Shown here: positions 30,584-40,085 of the stretch, one piece after another
Position numbering within the stretch: the stretch's first letter is position 1
How the letters are laid out: every line of letters starts with the position of its first letter
Made by a program: the position numbers and the translations under genes
Notes under the pieces: model-generated
What the model saw: the letters and a program-made list of their open reading frames with translations, nothing else
Databases searched by the model: none
What the model was told of the DNA's origin: nothing
Origin: Promethearchaeati archaeon SRVP18_Atabeyarchaeia-1
Lineage (GTDB): Archaea > Asgardarchaeota > Atabeyarchaeia > Atabeyarchaeales > Atabeyarchaeaceae
Assembly: GCA_037308085.1 (NCBI GenBank)
Contig: CP147779.1
Span: 864,001-928,000 of the forward strand
DNA length: 64,000 nucleotides
Direction of reading: 5' to 3'

Positions 30584-30973
30584 CTAGCGTATCCTCTTCT
30601 GGGCCAATAAGAGAGAGATTTTCTGTGCCACTCCTTTCATGACGATAAATATCATTCCCAAGTTCGAGTCACTCTTGGCCATCACTGTTAGAAGTGCATC
30701 CTCTCCAGCGTGCTTAAGAATAACGTAGCCTTGATCCCCTTGTATCAGGATCTGCTGAAGTTTCCCTCTGGCGAGTTCACTTGCAGCTCTCTCACTAACC
30801 CCTAATATGGCGGCAGACATCGCTGCTATGATGGAGTCATCCACGTCCTTTGGCATTGCAGAGGCTATGGGGAGTCCCTGAACGCTAACTATGGCGCTCG
30901 CTTCGACACCAGGCGTACCATCACCGAGTGATTTCAAGACTCTTTGTATCTCATCAACTGTGTCACTTGACAA
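30584..30973 (-). CDS. Roadblock/LC7 domain protein
   Basis: SAIVSVQGLPIAS, IAAMSAAIL, EL..G.LQQILIQG, NLGMI. Confidence 0.92.
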   Translation of the reverse strand: MSSDTVDEIQRVLKSLGDGTPGVEASAIVSVQGLPIASAMPKDVDDSIIAAMSAAILGVSERAASELARGKLQQILIQGDQGYVILKHAGEDALLTVMAKSDSNLGMIFIVMKGVAQKISLLLAQKRIR

Positions 30974-31280
30974 ATTCTCAACAGCCCCAGATAATGATCC
31001 TGCTCAGAATAGTGTAGATTGTGCTTGGGCAAGGGGTTTGTATGTCGCTTCCTTACTGGTTCTCCCCGTGTCCCCTTTGTCTTACGCCTCGATACTTTAC
31101 TTGAAGTTAGCCGAGAGCCTGCAACGGTAAGCTTTTTATGCCAAGAGAGTTTCAAGCTCCTTAGCATCCTAGTTAATCTCGCCTCTAATTTATAAATATA
31201 GTTGTCTCCTCAGGCTGCGTGACTAGTTCCAAGCTAATTGTAGCGATAGGCAACGATTATTGATGGAGGTTCGGTAAGAC

Positions 31281-32252
31281 TTGAGTAGCAACGACAAGAA
31301 TTCCAAGCAAGTCGCAAAAGCAAAGGCTACTAAGGAGCCTACTGATGAAAGTCAGAAAAAAGAGGAAATCCTTGGAAAATACAAAAAGGCGGCCGCGATA
31401 GCGAAAGAGGTTCGTGAAGCGGCAAAGCCTATTGTCAAAGTGGCAATCCCCCTGATCGATTTAGCAGAGAAGATTGAGACGCTGATCCTGGAGAAAGGCG
31501 GCAACTGGGCGTTTCCATGTGGTATCTCAATAAACAATCTGGCCGCGCATTACTCTCCACCGCCAGGTGACAAGAGCATGATCGGAGAGAAAGATGTTGT
31601 GAAAGTGGACTTTGGGGTACACATAGATGGCTATATTGCTGACACTGCCTTCACGGTAAGCTTTGACCCCGCCTATCAAAAACTTGTAGAAGCGGCCGAA
31701 AAGGGAGTGAAGGTGGCAATCGAGAACCTAAAAGCAGGAGTTGAAACAAGAAGAGTCGGCGCACTAGTTGAAGTCGCCATAAGGGAAATGGGATACAAGC
31801 CAGTCAAAGAACTTACTGGACATCTTCTTGAGCAGTACGAGGTTCACGGTCCAAAAATCATCCCGAGCGTCGGATCAGCTGGCAGCTCAAAACTTGAAGA
31901 AGGGGAATTCTACGCAGTCGAAACATTTGCCACAAATGGCTCGGGAAGTATTCACGAAACTCCCTACAGCTACATATACAGACTAATGCCAGTGAGAACT
32001 CCCGTCAGGTTCGGTGGTTCAAGGCAGATCCTCTCAATTGCAAATAAGAAGTATAAGACTCTCCCATTTGCGGAAAGGTGGATAGCAAAGGAAGCATCAA
32101 CCGTTCCCCTGAAGTTCGCACTCAAGGAGCTAATAGGATCTGGCGCGCTCTACGAGTACCACGTGCTTGCTGACAGGAAGGATAGCATGATCGCCCAAGC
32201 GGAACAAACGGTCTTGATTACCAAGGATGGATGTGAAGTTCTAACCTCCTGA
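31281..32252 (+). CDS. map: Methionine aminopeptidase type II
   Basis: AFPCGISIN..AAHYSP, DFGVHIDGYIAD, LTGH, AVETFAT, AQAEQT. Confidence 0.95.
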   Translation: MSSNDKNSKQVAKAKATKEPTDESQKKEEILGKYKKAAAIAKEVREAAKPIVKVAIPLIDLAEKIETLILEKGGNWAFPCGISINNLAAHYSPPPGDKSMIGEKDVVKVDFGVHIDGYIADTAFTVSFDPAYQKLVEAAEKGVKVAIENLKAGVETRRVGALVEVAIREMGYKPVKELTGHLLEQYEVHGPKIIPSVGSAGSSKLEEGEFYAVETFATNGSGSIHETPYSYIYRLMPVRTPVRFGGSRQILSIANKKYKTLPFAERWIAKEASTVPLKFALKELIGSGALYEYHVLADRKDSMIAQAEQTVLITKDGCEVLTS

Positions 32253-32392
32253 GGAATTTAGGCCTATATTGCTCACCATTTCAGACCCAGCCGGGGGATA
32301 GTCTCCTCTCTCAAGAGTGCCGCTCATGGTGGAGTTATTAGGAGGAAGAACAAATATCCTCTTATTCAAATGAGAGCACCGCAGAAGAGGCT

Positions 32393-33796
32393 GTGAATCT
32401 CGCATTAAGACGTGGAGCCAGATACGCAGATGCTAGAGTCCAGTTTGAAGAAAGCACTGGATTTATTGTTAGCGAGGGATTGGTTGAGGAAGGGGGATTC
32501 GCCTCAGTTCAAGGTATCGGATTGCGCGTTATCGTAGATGGAGCTTGGGGCTTCTGTTCAATGGATGGGGTAATGTCTGAATCCAAGCTCGGTCAAGTCG
32601 TGGACAGGGCGGTCAGGATTGCATCCCAGAGTTCAAAAGGTGCTCTTTCTCCTGTTGACATGGCTCTGGCGAACCCAGTTCGCACGAGAGTCGTTCAAGA
32701 AGGTGACAGCTCTGATAACGTCAGAGACTTTCCTTTCGAAACCGTGTTAGAACCTTTCAAGGAATGCGATCGACGGGCAAGGTCGGTTGGTAGTGAGATA
32801 CGTGCCTTATCACTTTCATTTGCTGTCGACCGTGCCATAGATACCTTCGCTAGCAGTGAAAATACCTGCATCACCCAGGTATACAACGCCTACCTTGGAA
32901 CACTATTCGTAATAGCTTCAGATTCAGGCAACACAGAGTACTACCCGTATGATTTTGGGGGTCTCGGAGACTATCACGAGTACCTCGATACGTGTCTCCC
33001 TCCCTTGGTGGAGGAAATTGCCATGAAAGCACGGCTTCTGAGCAAATCAAGAAGCCTAACTCAATCTGCGGATTTCAAGACAATACTAATGGATCCAGGT
33101 TTTACGGCTCTGTGGGTACATGAAGCGATTGGTCACCCGCTTGAGGCAGATAGGGTTCTCGGGGGAAAAGGTGATCCACAGAATGCGCCTTGGACATACA
33201 AGGAGCTGGGGAAGAAGGTTGCTGGCGTCCTCCTCAACGTAGTAGATGATCCTAGCTTAGGAACTCCGGCACATTACAAATACGATAGTGAAGGAATAGA
33301 GGGAAAAAGAAAGGTTTTAGTTGGCAAAGGTGTATTGAAGGGCTGCATCCATAGCCGAGAGACGGCAAGAGCATTTCAGGCTGAGCCAAATGGCGGGGCT
33401 CGGTCGCCCTCGTACCACTTCACTCCAATGCCAAGAATGAGCAATACCTACATTGAATCTGGTGACTGGGCTTTCGACGAAATAGTAGAAGACACGAAAG
33501 ACGGGATCTATGTGGTCGGCGGCATGACTCCGATATTAGACAGCAGAGCGTATGAATGGAAACTAAGCGCAAAAGAAGCATATATCGTGTCAAAGGGCGA
33601 AACTGGTCAGATGCTCAGAAGAGTGATCGTCTCAGAGGTAACACCGGATTTCCTGATATCCATAGACGCAGTCGGAAAAGACCTGCAGATGTCCGTGACG
33701 CCCGATTGCGCCAAAGGCAGCCCAATTCAGACGCTGCCAGTAGGAAACGGCGGGCCGACAATCCGAGGTAAAGCATATGTGTCGGGGGTTGCGTAG
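32393..33796 (+). CDS. tldD: TldD-type metalloprotease
   Basis: HEAIGHPLEAD, DSEG, PRMSNT, CAKG, GGP; start may lie slightly upstream. Confidence 0.9.
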   Translation: MNLALRRGARYADARVQFEESTGFIVSEGLVEEGGFASVQGIGLRVIVDGAWGFCSMDGVMSESKLGQVVDRAVRIASQSSKGALSPVDMALANPVRTRVVQEGDSSDNVRDFPFETVLEPFKECDRRARSVGSEIRALSLSFAVDRAIDTFASSENTCITQVYNAYLGTLFVIASDSGNTEYYPYDFGGLGDYHEYLDTCLPPLVEEIAMKARLLSKSRSLTQSADFKTILMDPGFTALWVHEAIGHPLEADRVLGGKGDPQNAPWTYKELGKKVAGVLLNVVDDPSLGTPAHYKYDSEGIEGKRKVLVGKGVLKGCIHSRETARAFQAEPNGGARSPSYHFTPMPRMSNTYIESGDWAFDEIVEDTKDGIYVVGGMTPILDSRAYEWKLSAKEAYIVSKGETGQMLRRVIVSEVTPDFLISIDAVGKDLQMSVTPDCAKGSPIQTLPVGNGGPTIRGKAYVSGVA

Positions 33797-33801
33797 GGAC
33801 C

Positions 33802-35187
33802 TTGGACAGCATTAGGCATCTACTTTCGCAGGCGAGCAGCGGGAACGTCGAGCTTGAAATATTCCTGCTGAAGAGGGACCTCATATCTGTGCGCTTCTCT
33901 GGCAACGAAATCGTGGAAGCCCAGAACACATTGGAAGAGGGAACTGGAATTAGACTTGTGAGGGACGGCAGATTAGGGTTTGCGCTTACAAACAACCTGA
34001 GCCCCGACGCGCTTGACAAATCCTTCAGATCTGCTCTTGCTATGGCCAAAACCTCCTCGAAGATACCTAATTGGCATGGCCTACCTCAAGGGCAAGATCA
34101 CGGCGCAGATGCGAACGGAGAGCGGACCCAGGACAATGGCTCGGAGGCCATGACTTCCGAGGAAACAATCAACCGTGCACTGAGAATGATCAAAGAAGTG
34201 ACTTCCAGTAACGGTGACCTTACATTAACAGGTGTCCTGATCACCGTCCATGAAGAATTCTCCATACTAAACTCAAATGGTCTTGATCACCTTCTTGAGC
34301 CCAGCTCAATCATCTATTCCCGCCTAATTCTGGAAACTAGAAGAGGCGAACGCTACTCTAGCATAACAAGCCAGTTCTGCTCGCGTAGATTGTCTGACTT
34401 CAACCCCGAGAAGGAGGTTCACGAAGTCATCTCCTCGGCTTCAAAGCTAGCGAGGCTTCAAAGGATAGAAGTACCAAGAGGAAAACGTGATGTGATCCTG
34501 TCACCTGAATCTGCGGGCGCCTTTACATGCTACCTCATAGGTCCCATGATTACTGGAAAGTCGGTACAGGTTGGGGCATCATGCTTAACGAATATGACTA
34601 ACAAGAGAGTTGCATCGGAATCATTTTCGCTGATCGATAATGGACGGGCACCAGGCGGATTAGCAAGCGCCGAGGTCGATGACGAGGGCACACCCACGCG
34701 GTTAACGAAGGTCGTCGAAAGGGGTGTGCTCAAAACATTCCTGAATGACACCCTTAGTGCAAGCTTGAACGAGACCGACACGACCGCAAATGCCAGGAGA
34801 GCATCAGACACACTCGGAAGAACCTACATGACGCCACCTGAGCCGCTGCCAACAAACCTGATTGTCGAAAAGGGGAATCACAGTCTCGATGAACTCGTCG
34901 AGGCAACGAAGACGGGGATCATAATAAACTCGATCGGATACACCTTTCACCTAGTTCCAGAACTCGGTTACTTCAACATAGTGAGCAACTCCCCTGCACT
35001 AGTTGTCGAGAATGGTAAAATAAAGGGATATGCTCAAAACACAGCCTTTACAGGTAAGCTCGTGGAGACTCTAATGAACATAGATGGAATTGGAAAAGAC
35101 GTTCGGCAATCAGCATCTCTAGGCTCAATGGTCTGCTTTTCTCCTTATCTAAGAATCAGAGATGCCGATGTTGAACGTGCAAAGTAG
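33802..35187 (+). CDS. pmbA: TldE/PmbA partner subunit
   Basis: GIRLVRDGRLGFA, DDEGTPT, no HExxxH; tandem with tldD. Confidence 0.85.
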   Translation: MDSIRHLLSQASSGNVELEIFLLKRDLISVRFSGNEIVEAQNTLEEGTGIRLVRDGRLGFALTNNLSPDALDKSFRSALAMAKTSSKIPNWHGLPQGQDHGADANGERTQDNGSEAMTSEETINRALRMIKEVTSSNGDLTLTGVLITVHEEFSILNSNGLDHLLEPSSIIYSRLILETRRGERYSSITSQFCSRRLSDFNPEKEVHEVISSASKLARLQRIEVPRGKRDVILSPESAGAFTCYLIGPMITGKSVQVGASCLTNMTNKRVASESFSLIDNGRAPGGLASAEVDDEGTPTRLTKVVERGVLKTFLNDTLSASLNETDTTANARRASDTLGRTYMTPPEPLPTNLIVEKGNHSLDELVEATKTGIIINSIGYTFHLVPELGYFNIVSNSPALVVENGKIKGYAQNTAFTGKLVETLMNIDGIGKDVRQSASLGSMVCFSPYLRIRDADVERAK

Positions 35188-35417
35188 AGAGACAAGAAGC
35201 CGGTCTCAGCATAATCGCCTATCGACGCCCAGGTTCGATCGGCCTTCTTTGTGAAGATAGTAAACGAACTTGGTATTTAATGCGTCCCGAACATATGATT
35301 ACTGATTGGCACTATAGGCAAGTCCGAAACAGAGAGAGTAGGATGTGCTCAAGGTCACCCCTTTCTTCGTCTAGTTCCCTTTTCCAGCACTCTTCGGTTC
35401 ACAATTCGCAGTCGATA

Positions 35418-35570
35418 TCGCACCGATTAAATGCTATGGTTCTGTTAACTCTTCGGGTGGTGAGTTAACTGGGTGGCATCTGCTCCGGGGATTACCTTTT
35501 CGCCTCCAGGGTTCCCCTTCACCACTTCACCTGCCACTCCCTTCAGGCTGAACCGCAGCCCTGCACCGAC
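35418..35570 (-). ncRNA. Predicted omegaRNA overlapping the tnpB 3' end; guide 5'-AUAGCAUUUAAUCGGUGCGA
   Basis: Segment conserved with the 4840-4970 copy; conservation stops at ...CAGAACC; boundaries inferred. Confidence 0.6.
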
Positions 35571-36695
35571 AATATTCAAAGCCGCGTTCACGTCCCTGTC
35601 TACGAGCTTCCTGCAGCGTGGACAGTAGACCTTCCTCCCCGCGCATTCGACTATCTTAGAGCCACATATCGCGCAGGTTGAGGAAGTCTTGCTTGGATTA
35701 ACGTAAAACACGTGGATTCCCTCCCAGTGTGCCTTGTAATCTATTTGCCGCTGCAGCTCGGCGTAGCTCCAGCTGTTCATCCTTGCCCTGTAGTCCTTGC
35801 CCTGCCAGTTTCCCCTCCTGTAGAGTTTACGGATGCCTCTAATGTCCTCCGTGACTATGCCGAACTGGTTTTCCTTCGCTTGCTTCACTATCCTTGCTGA
35901 AGTGTTGTGCAGGATCCAGTTTACCTTGTTCTTCTGGATTCTTCCATATTTGGAGTAGAGCTGTCTCTTGACGCGGCAGTCGTCTCGCTTGAAGCCGCGC
36001 TTTGCTTGCCTGCAGTTCTCCTTGACCACGGTCGCCCTCGACAAGTCATACCTCTTCACATCTCCAGCCGAGGACGCAGTGGTTACATTGTCGAGGTTGC
36101 GGTCTACCCCGACTAGCCCCACAGGCTCAACCTGAGCAACCTCTTTCGTGAAGGCTAGTGACACGGCGGAGGCGGTCAAGCAGGCCGAGCGCACAGCACA
36201 CCCCTCAATAGACTGTAATGTGTAGGAGTTCAGGGGGATGTAGATGTATTCTCTTACCCTTACGGGTAGTCTGAGCTCGCCGTTGGTTATCCTGAAGCCG
36301 TAGCAGTCGGTCAGCATGAGCCTTGCTGCATGGGGCTTCTTCATCCTCTGCTGCTTCCCCAGCGCGTGCCTGTGGTTCCGGAGGATGCCCGCGGCCTTGC
36401 TGATCGCCGTCAAGCGGTAGTAGGTTGGCACGTCGTATCCTGCGAGTTGATGGTAAGCCTTCTTTGAGAGCGCCTTCATCGACGTAACATTCTCAGCTAG
36501 GCCAATTCGTATGCAGTCATTCACCATCTCTCTAAACTCGTTCAGGAGGTCGAGTAACTGAGGAGATGGCGTGTAGCTCTGCTTGACCGCCTTGACCGCT
36601 TGCATACCCAAGAAAGAGACTATTTCGGCTAATAAAACCACCATATGACCAAGGGGCTAGCAGCGCCAACTATCACTCGAAGAGTTATCAGAGTG
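35438..36695 (-). mobile_element. TnpB-only element with terminal inverted repeats and an 8-bp target-site duplication
   Basis: Inverted repeats 35438-35459 and 36674-36695 (17/22 match); AATGCTAT at 35430-35437 and 36696-36703; contains tnpB only, no transposase. Confidence 0.8.
35445..36605 (-). CDS. tnpB: RNA-guided endonuclease TnpB (IS605 OrfB / Cas12f-like)
   Basis: RuvC triad intact (GVDRN, TEDI, DRDVNAALNI); Zn ribbon CAIC...CPRC; TTTTATTA at 36637-36630 favours a leaderless start at 36605 over 36644. Confidence 0.93.
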   Translation of the reverse strand: MQAVKAVKQSYTPSPQLLDLLNEFREMVNDCIRIGLAENVTSMKALSKKAYHQLAGYDVPTYYRLTAISKAAGILRNHRHALGKQQRMKKPHAARLMLTDCYGFRITNGELRLPVRVREYIYIPLNSYTLQSIEGCAVRSACLTASAVSLAFTKEVAQVEPVGLVGVDRNLDNVTTASSAGDVKRYDLSRATVVKENCRQAKRGFKRDDCRVKRQLYSKYGRIQKNKVNWILHNTSARIVKQAKENQFGIVTEDIRGIRKLYRRGNWQGKDYRARMNSWSYAELQRQIDYKAHWEGIHVFYVNPSKTSSTCAICGSKIVECAGRKVYCPRCRKLVDRDVNAALNIVGAGLRFSLKGVAGEVVKGNPGGEKVIPGADATQLTHHPKS

Positions 36696-36703
36696 AATGC
36701 TAT

Positions 36704-36716
36704 CAATCTTTATATA
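36704..36716 (+). promoter_or_regulatory. Putative BRE/TATA promoter of the metV-metF operon
   Basis: CAATC followed by TTTATATA upstream of the gene at 36826. Confidence 0.5.
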
Positions 36717-36825
36717 GAGATTTTTCTCTCTTTTCGCACAGATAAGATAATAAATTCGGCACACCGTTCATATTCGTTTAGACTATGATCTAATTCTGCC
36801 TGATGTTCAAGTCTGACCTATATCA

Positions 36826-37518
36826 ATGTATAAGCCCGGAGGTAGAATTCGAGCAATGATAATAACTGAGCAAAAGAAGTTTGAGGAAGTAGTAGAGAAA
36901 CTAGCACCCTTCAAGAAAGTCCTGGTGGTCGGGTGTGGACACTGTGCGACGGTCTGCCAGACTGGCGGGGAAGACCAAGCCAAGGCTATGGTGTCAAAGC
37001 TCAAGGAATCAAAAGGCCCAACAGGAATGATGGTGAACATGGCGGTCGTCGAAGAACCTTGTGACATAAGAATCCTGAAGCGGGACATGAAGAAGGCGAA
37101 GAAGGAATTCGACGAAGCAGATGCAATTTTGGCAATGGCATGTGGAGTTGGGAGCCAGACGCTCGCGACGGTAGTCAACAAGCCGGTTGTTCCAGCGCTA
37201 AACACTCTGTTCCTAGGGCAAGTTGAGAGAATTGGTAAGTTTGAGGAGATGTGCCGCGCTTGTGGGAATTGTATTCTCGCTGATACTGGCGGTGTCTGCC
37301 CTATTACTCGTTGCGCAAAGGGATTAATGAACGGTCCGTGTGGTGGCATGAGTAAGGGGAAATGCGAGGTAAACAACTACACCAAGGACTGTGGTTGGGT
37401 TCTGATCTACAATAGGCTGAAAGACCAAGGAAGGCTCGACCTATTCAGACAGTACAGGCCACCAAGAGACTACGCTCTATCAGGCTATCCAAGGAGCGTG
37501 GATACTCGAGCAACCTGA
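36826..37518 (+). CDS. MetV-like (MTHFR C-terminal domain) Fe-S protein
   Basis: GCGHCATVCQTGG, ACGVG, CRACGNC...GGVCPITRCAKGLMNGPCGG; probable start 36856. Confidence 0.9.
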   Translation: MYKPGGRIRAMIITEQKKFEEVVEKLAPFKKVLVVGCGHCATVCQTGGEDQAKAMVSKLKESKGPTGMMVNMAVVEEPCDIRILKRDMKKAKKEFDEADAILAMACGVGSQTLATVVNKPVVPALNTLFLGQVERIGKFEEMCRACGNCILADTGGVCPITRCAKGLMNGPCGGMSKGKCEVNNYTKDCGWVLIYNRLKDQGRLDLFRQYRPPRDYALSGYPRSVDTRAT

Positions 37519-37571
37519 GCAAAATCAGAGAGAGACCAGAGCCACAATATCATGCTAGAGGTGAGCGAATA

Positions 37572-38498
37572 ATGGTACAAGCTTATAGTAGCCTTATGAA
37601 GGAAATAGTCAAGGGGAAGTTTGTCTATACTGGCGAATTGGAACCAGAGAAGACAACAGATATGACCCAAGTAATAAGTGATGCGAAAGAACTGAGTGGA
37701 TACGCTGTAGCCTGTAATGTTACTGACAACCCGAAATCATGTGGCTACCTTAGTAGCCTTGCGGCCTCATATATAGTTCAACGCGATGCAAATATGGAGG
37801 CTGTCTACCAGCTGACTTGTCGGGACAGAAACAGGCTAGCATTGATCTCTGACCTGCTTGGAGCGGGGGCGCTCGGAATTCATAACGTTCTAGCTCTCAC
37901 AGGCGACCACACGATGGTAGGTGACAATCCTGCCTCTAAACCCGTGTTCGATCTTGACTCAGCGCACCTGACATCTCTCATAAAAATGATGTCCGAAAAG
38001 GAAGTGGATCTAGCGGGCAGCAAGATTGAGAATCCTCCTAAGATAAACGTCGGGGTTGCAGCAAATCCAAACGCGGATCCACTTGAGCCAGAACTCCTTA
38101 AGCTTGAGAGAAAGGCAAAGGCAGGAGCAGACTTCGTCCAAACGCAAGTTGTCTTTGACATCGAGAAAGCAAAGGGTTTCTTGAGAGAAGCGTCTTCGTT
38201 CAACGTTCCATTGCTGATAGGAATATTCCCACTGAAGAACTTCGGAATAGCGGACTTCTTCAACAAGAACGTCCCTGGCTGCTCGGTCCCATCCGAGATC
38301 TTGGACAGACTGAAGCAAATGAAGGAGAGCATCCAAGACAAGGAAGAAAGAAAGAGAAAGATAGACGAGATGAACGTAGAATACTTCACCGACTTCATTA
38401 AGGAGCTCAAGAAGACAAAGGGTTGCAGAGGCGTCCACGTAATGGCTGTCGGCTACGCAAGCGTGACCAAACAATTAATAGACCGAGTAGGGCACTAG
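37572..38498 (+). CDS. metF: Methylenetetrahydrofolate reductase
   Basis: TGELEP, VTDN, CRDRNRLAL, LTGDH, DLDS, AGADFVQTQ. Confidence 0.9.
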   Translation: MVQAYSSLMKEIVKGKFVYTGELEPEKTTDMTQVISDAKELSGYAVACNVTDNPKSCGYLSSLAASYIVQRDANMEAVYQLTCRDRNRLALISDLLGAGALGIHNVLALTGDHTMVGDNPASKPVFDLDSAHLTSLIKMMSEKEVDLAGSKIENPPKINVGVAANPNADPLEPELLKLERKAKAGADFVQTQVVFDIEKAKGFLREASSFNVPLLIGIFPLKNFGIADFFNKNVPGCSVPSEILDRLKQMKESIQDKEERKRKIDEMNVEYFTDFIKELKKTKGCRGVHVMAVGYASVTKQLIDRVGH

Positions 38499-38516
38499 TC
38501 TCACTGCTTTCACTTT

Positions 38517-39083
38517 TTGAGACGGAAAAATCGGGGGTACCAAATGAGAATCTGTATCCCCCTCAAATCCAATACTGATACACCCAGGAAGTGGGTCGCC
38601 AAGGTTTCGTATAAGAATAGGCTAGCCTTCTACGCGGTGGGTTCTACATTAGATGAGGCGTTGGCGAACATTAGCGAAAAGGCTGATACACACTTCTCAA
38701 ATCTGGCTAGCCTAAGGGGGCTTCAAGTGGAGTTCAAGCGCATTGGACTAGCTGAGATTGACATAAATGAGGCGTTCGTAATTGATTTTCTCGTAAGATC
38801 CTCGGCGGAGTGCAAGATCGGGACCAATATTCCGTCTGAACTTATACTGCCTCTTCAAATGGCTCTCTGTCCCGTGGTTGATATGTACGATGAGGATCCG
38901 TGGCTCTCAGAGTGCAGAGGTCTATTCGCAAAGGAGGAGGCCTGCTATCTCGCTAACAAAGGTCTTATGGGGCCATATTCTGTGGCAAAGCTCAAAGAAG
39001 ACGATAATGGAGAACTCGTCTGGGATATATCGTCAAGAACAGTGAAAAAAGAGCATCTTTCCGTCAAGGTTTTCATTAGCTAG
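38517..39083 (+). CDS. Hypothetical protein
   Basis: Open frame co-oriented within the metF cluster; no recognised motif. Confidence 0.55.
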   Translation: MRRKNRGYQMRICIPLKSNTDTPRKWVAKVSYKNRLAFYAVGSTLDEALANISEKADTHFSNLASLRGLQVEFKRIGLAEIDINEAFVIDFLVRSSAECKIGTNIPSELILPLQMALCPVVDMYDEDPWLSECRGLFAKEEACYLANKGLMGPYSVAKLKEDDNGELVWDISSRTVKKEHLSVKVFIS

Positions 39084-39117
39084 CTCTGGCACCAGCAGGC
39101 GAACTCGATTATGAGAG

Positions 39118-39975
39118 GTGATGCTGACGAAGTTAACTAGGCTTCTAGGCAACGAGGAATTCCTAACGCTTGCCGAGCTGACATTCTCGGAAGAGATAGA
39201 CCGGACAGCATTTATGTGTGAAGCTAGAAGACTTTCTCGATTTATCGATGCGATAGTGGTGTCAGACTACTCCTTTGGGCTCCCGACCATGAACCCCATA
39301 GTTCCCGCCCTCTGGCTGGGCGATGAGAACATTGAATCGGTGATGGGATTCTACATTGAGCATAGAAACCCCAAGGCGATATTCTCAGACGTGCTTGCAG
39401 GCGTGGAGAGTAACTTGGTTAATGTGATAATCACATCTTACGAGAGTCCGAAGGACTATGGAACCTGCTTAGAATTGGTTGATGGGATAAAGGCGACCCT
39501 AGAGAAACAGTCAAAGACCAGGCTGAGTGAGCCACGGAGACTGGTCAACATAGGGCTTACCTCCGGCTATATGATCGAAAGACCAGAAGAGAGCGTCGCT
39601 CTTGCGAGGAGGTACGGGGTCGACTTTGTCTGTCCACCAGAGACTTACGATATTCCAGGCATACTTGAGCCCTTAGTGAAAAGAGCAAGATCCACCGGAA
39701 TGCATGCAATACTTAGGACAACCCTATTCACCTCGGGGAAGGCGGTCAAGTTTGCTCGCAAGTTCATCCCTGAGATGTTTGTGCCCGATGGATTTGTACG
39801 AGCGTTGGAGAGCTCAGCGAACCCTCTTGAAATAGGCATGAGGTTCGTCATGGATTTTGTCGAGAACGCTAGGAGCCTCAAAGCATGTGGAGTCTACTTG
39901 ACCGTCCCCCAGAAAACCGAAATCTACAGGCACTTGCCTAGCATAACTGGCAAGAAAGTCTACCAGACGGATTGA
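39118..39975 (+). CDS. Divergent MetF-like (FAD-linked TIM-barrel) protein
   Basis: LAEL, DAIVVSD, HRNPKAIFSD, GVDF, VPDGF pattern; lacks the GD motif. Confidence 0.65.
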   Translation: MMLTKLTRLLGNEEFLTLAELTFSEEIDRTAFMCEARRLSRFIDAIVVSDYSFGLPTMNPIVPALWLGDENIESVMGFYIEHRNPKAIFSDVLAGVESNLVNVIITSYESPKDYGTCLELVDGIKATLEKQSKTRLSEPRRLVNIGLTSGYMIERPEESVALARRYGVDFVCPPETYDIPGILEPLVKRARSTGMHAILRTTLFTSGKAVKFARKFIPEMFVPDGFVRALESSANPLEIGMRFVMDFVENARSLKACGVYLTVPQKTEIYRHLPSITGKKVYQTD

Positions 39976-40085
39976 AAGCTGTGGAACCACGTAGTAATAA
40001 TCCCAAATTGAACGGCAAGAGACGAGACAATTCATGGACTAACTGTGTTCCGACTGCGGCTGCTAAAACCTTGTCTCTTAAGTCA

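Noticed and set aside
35445-36644. TnpB as a nuclease-dead TldR or a CRISPR-associated Cas12f
   Set aside because: All three RuvC acidic residues are present; no CRISPR array or cas genes were seen in the window
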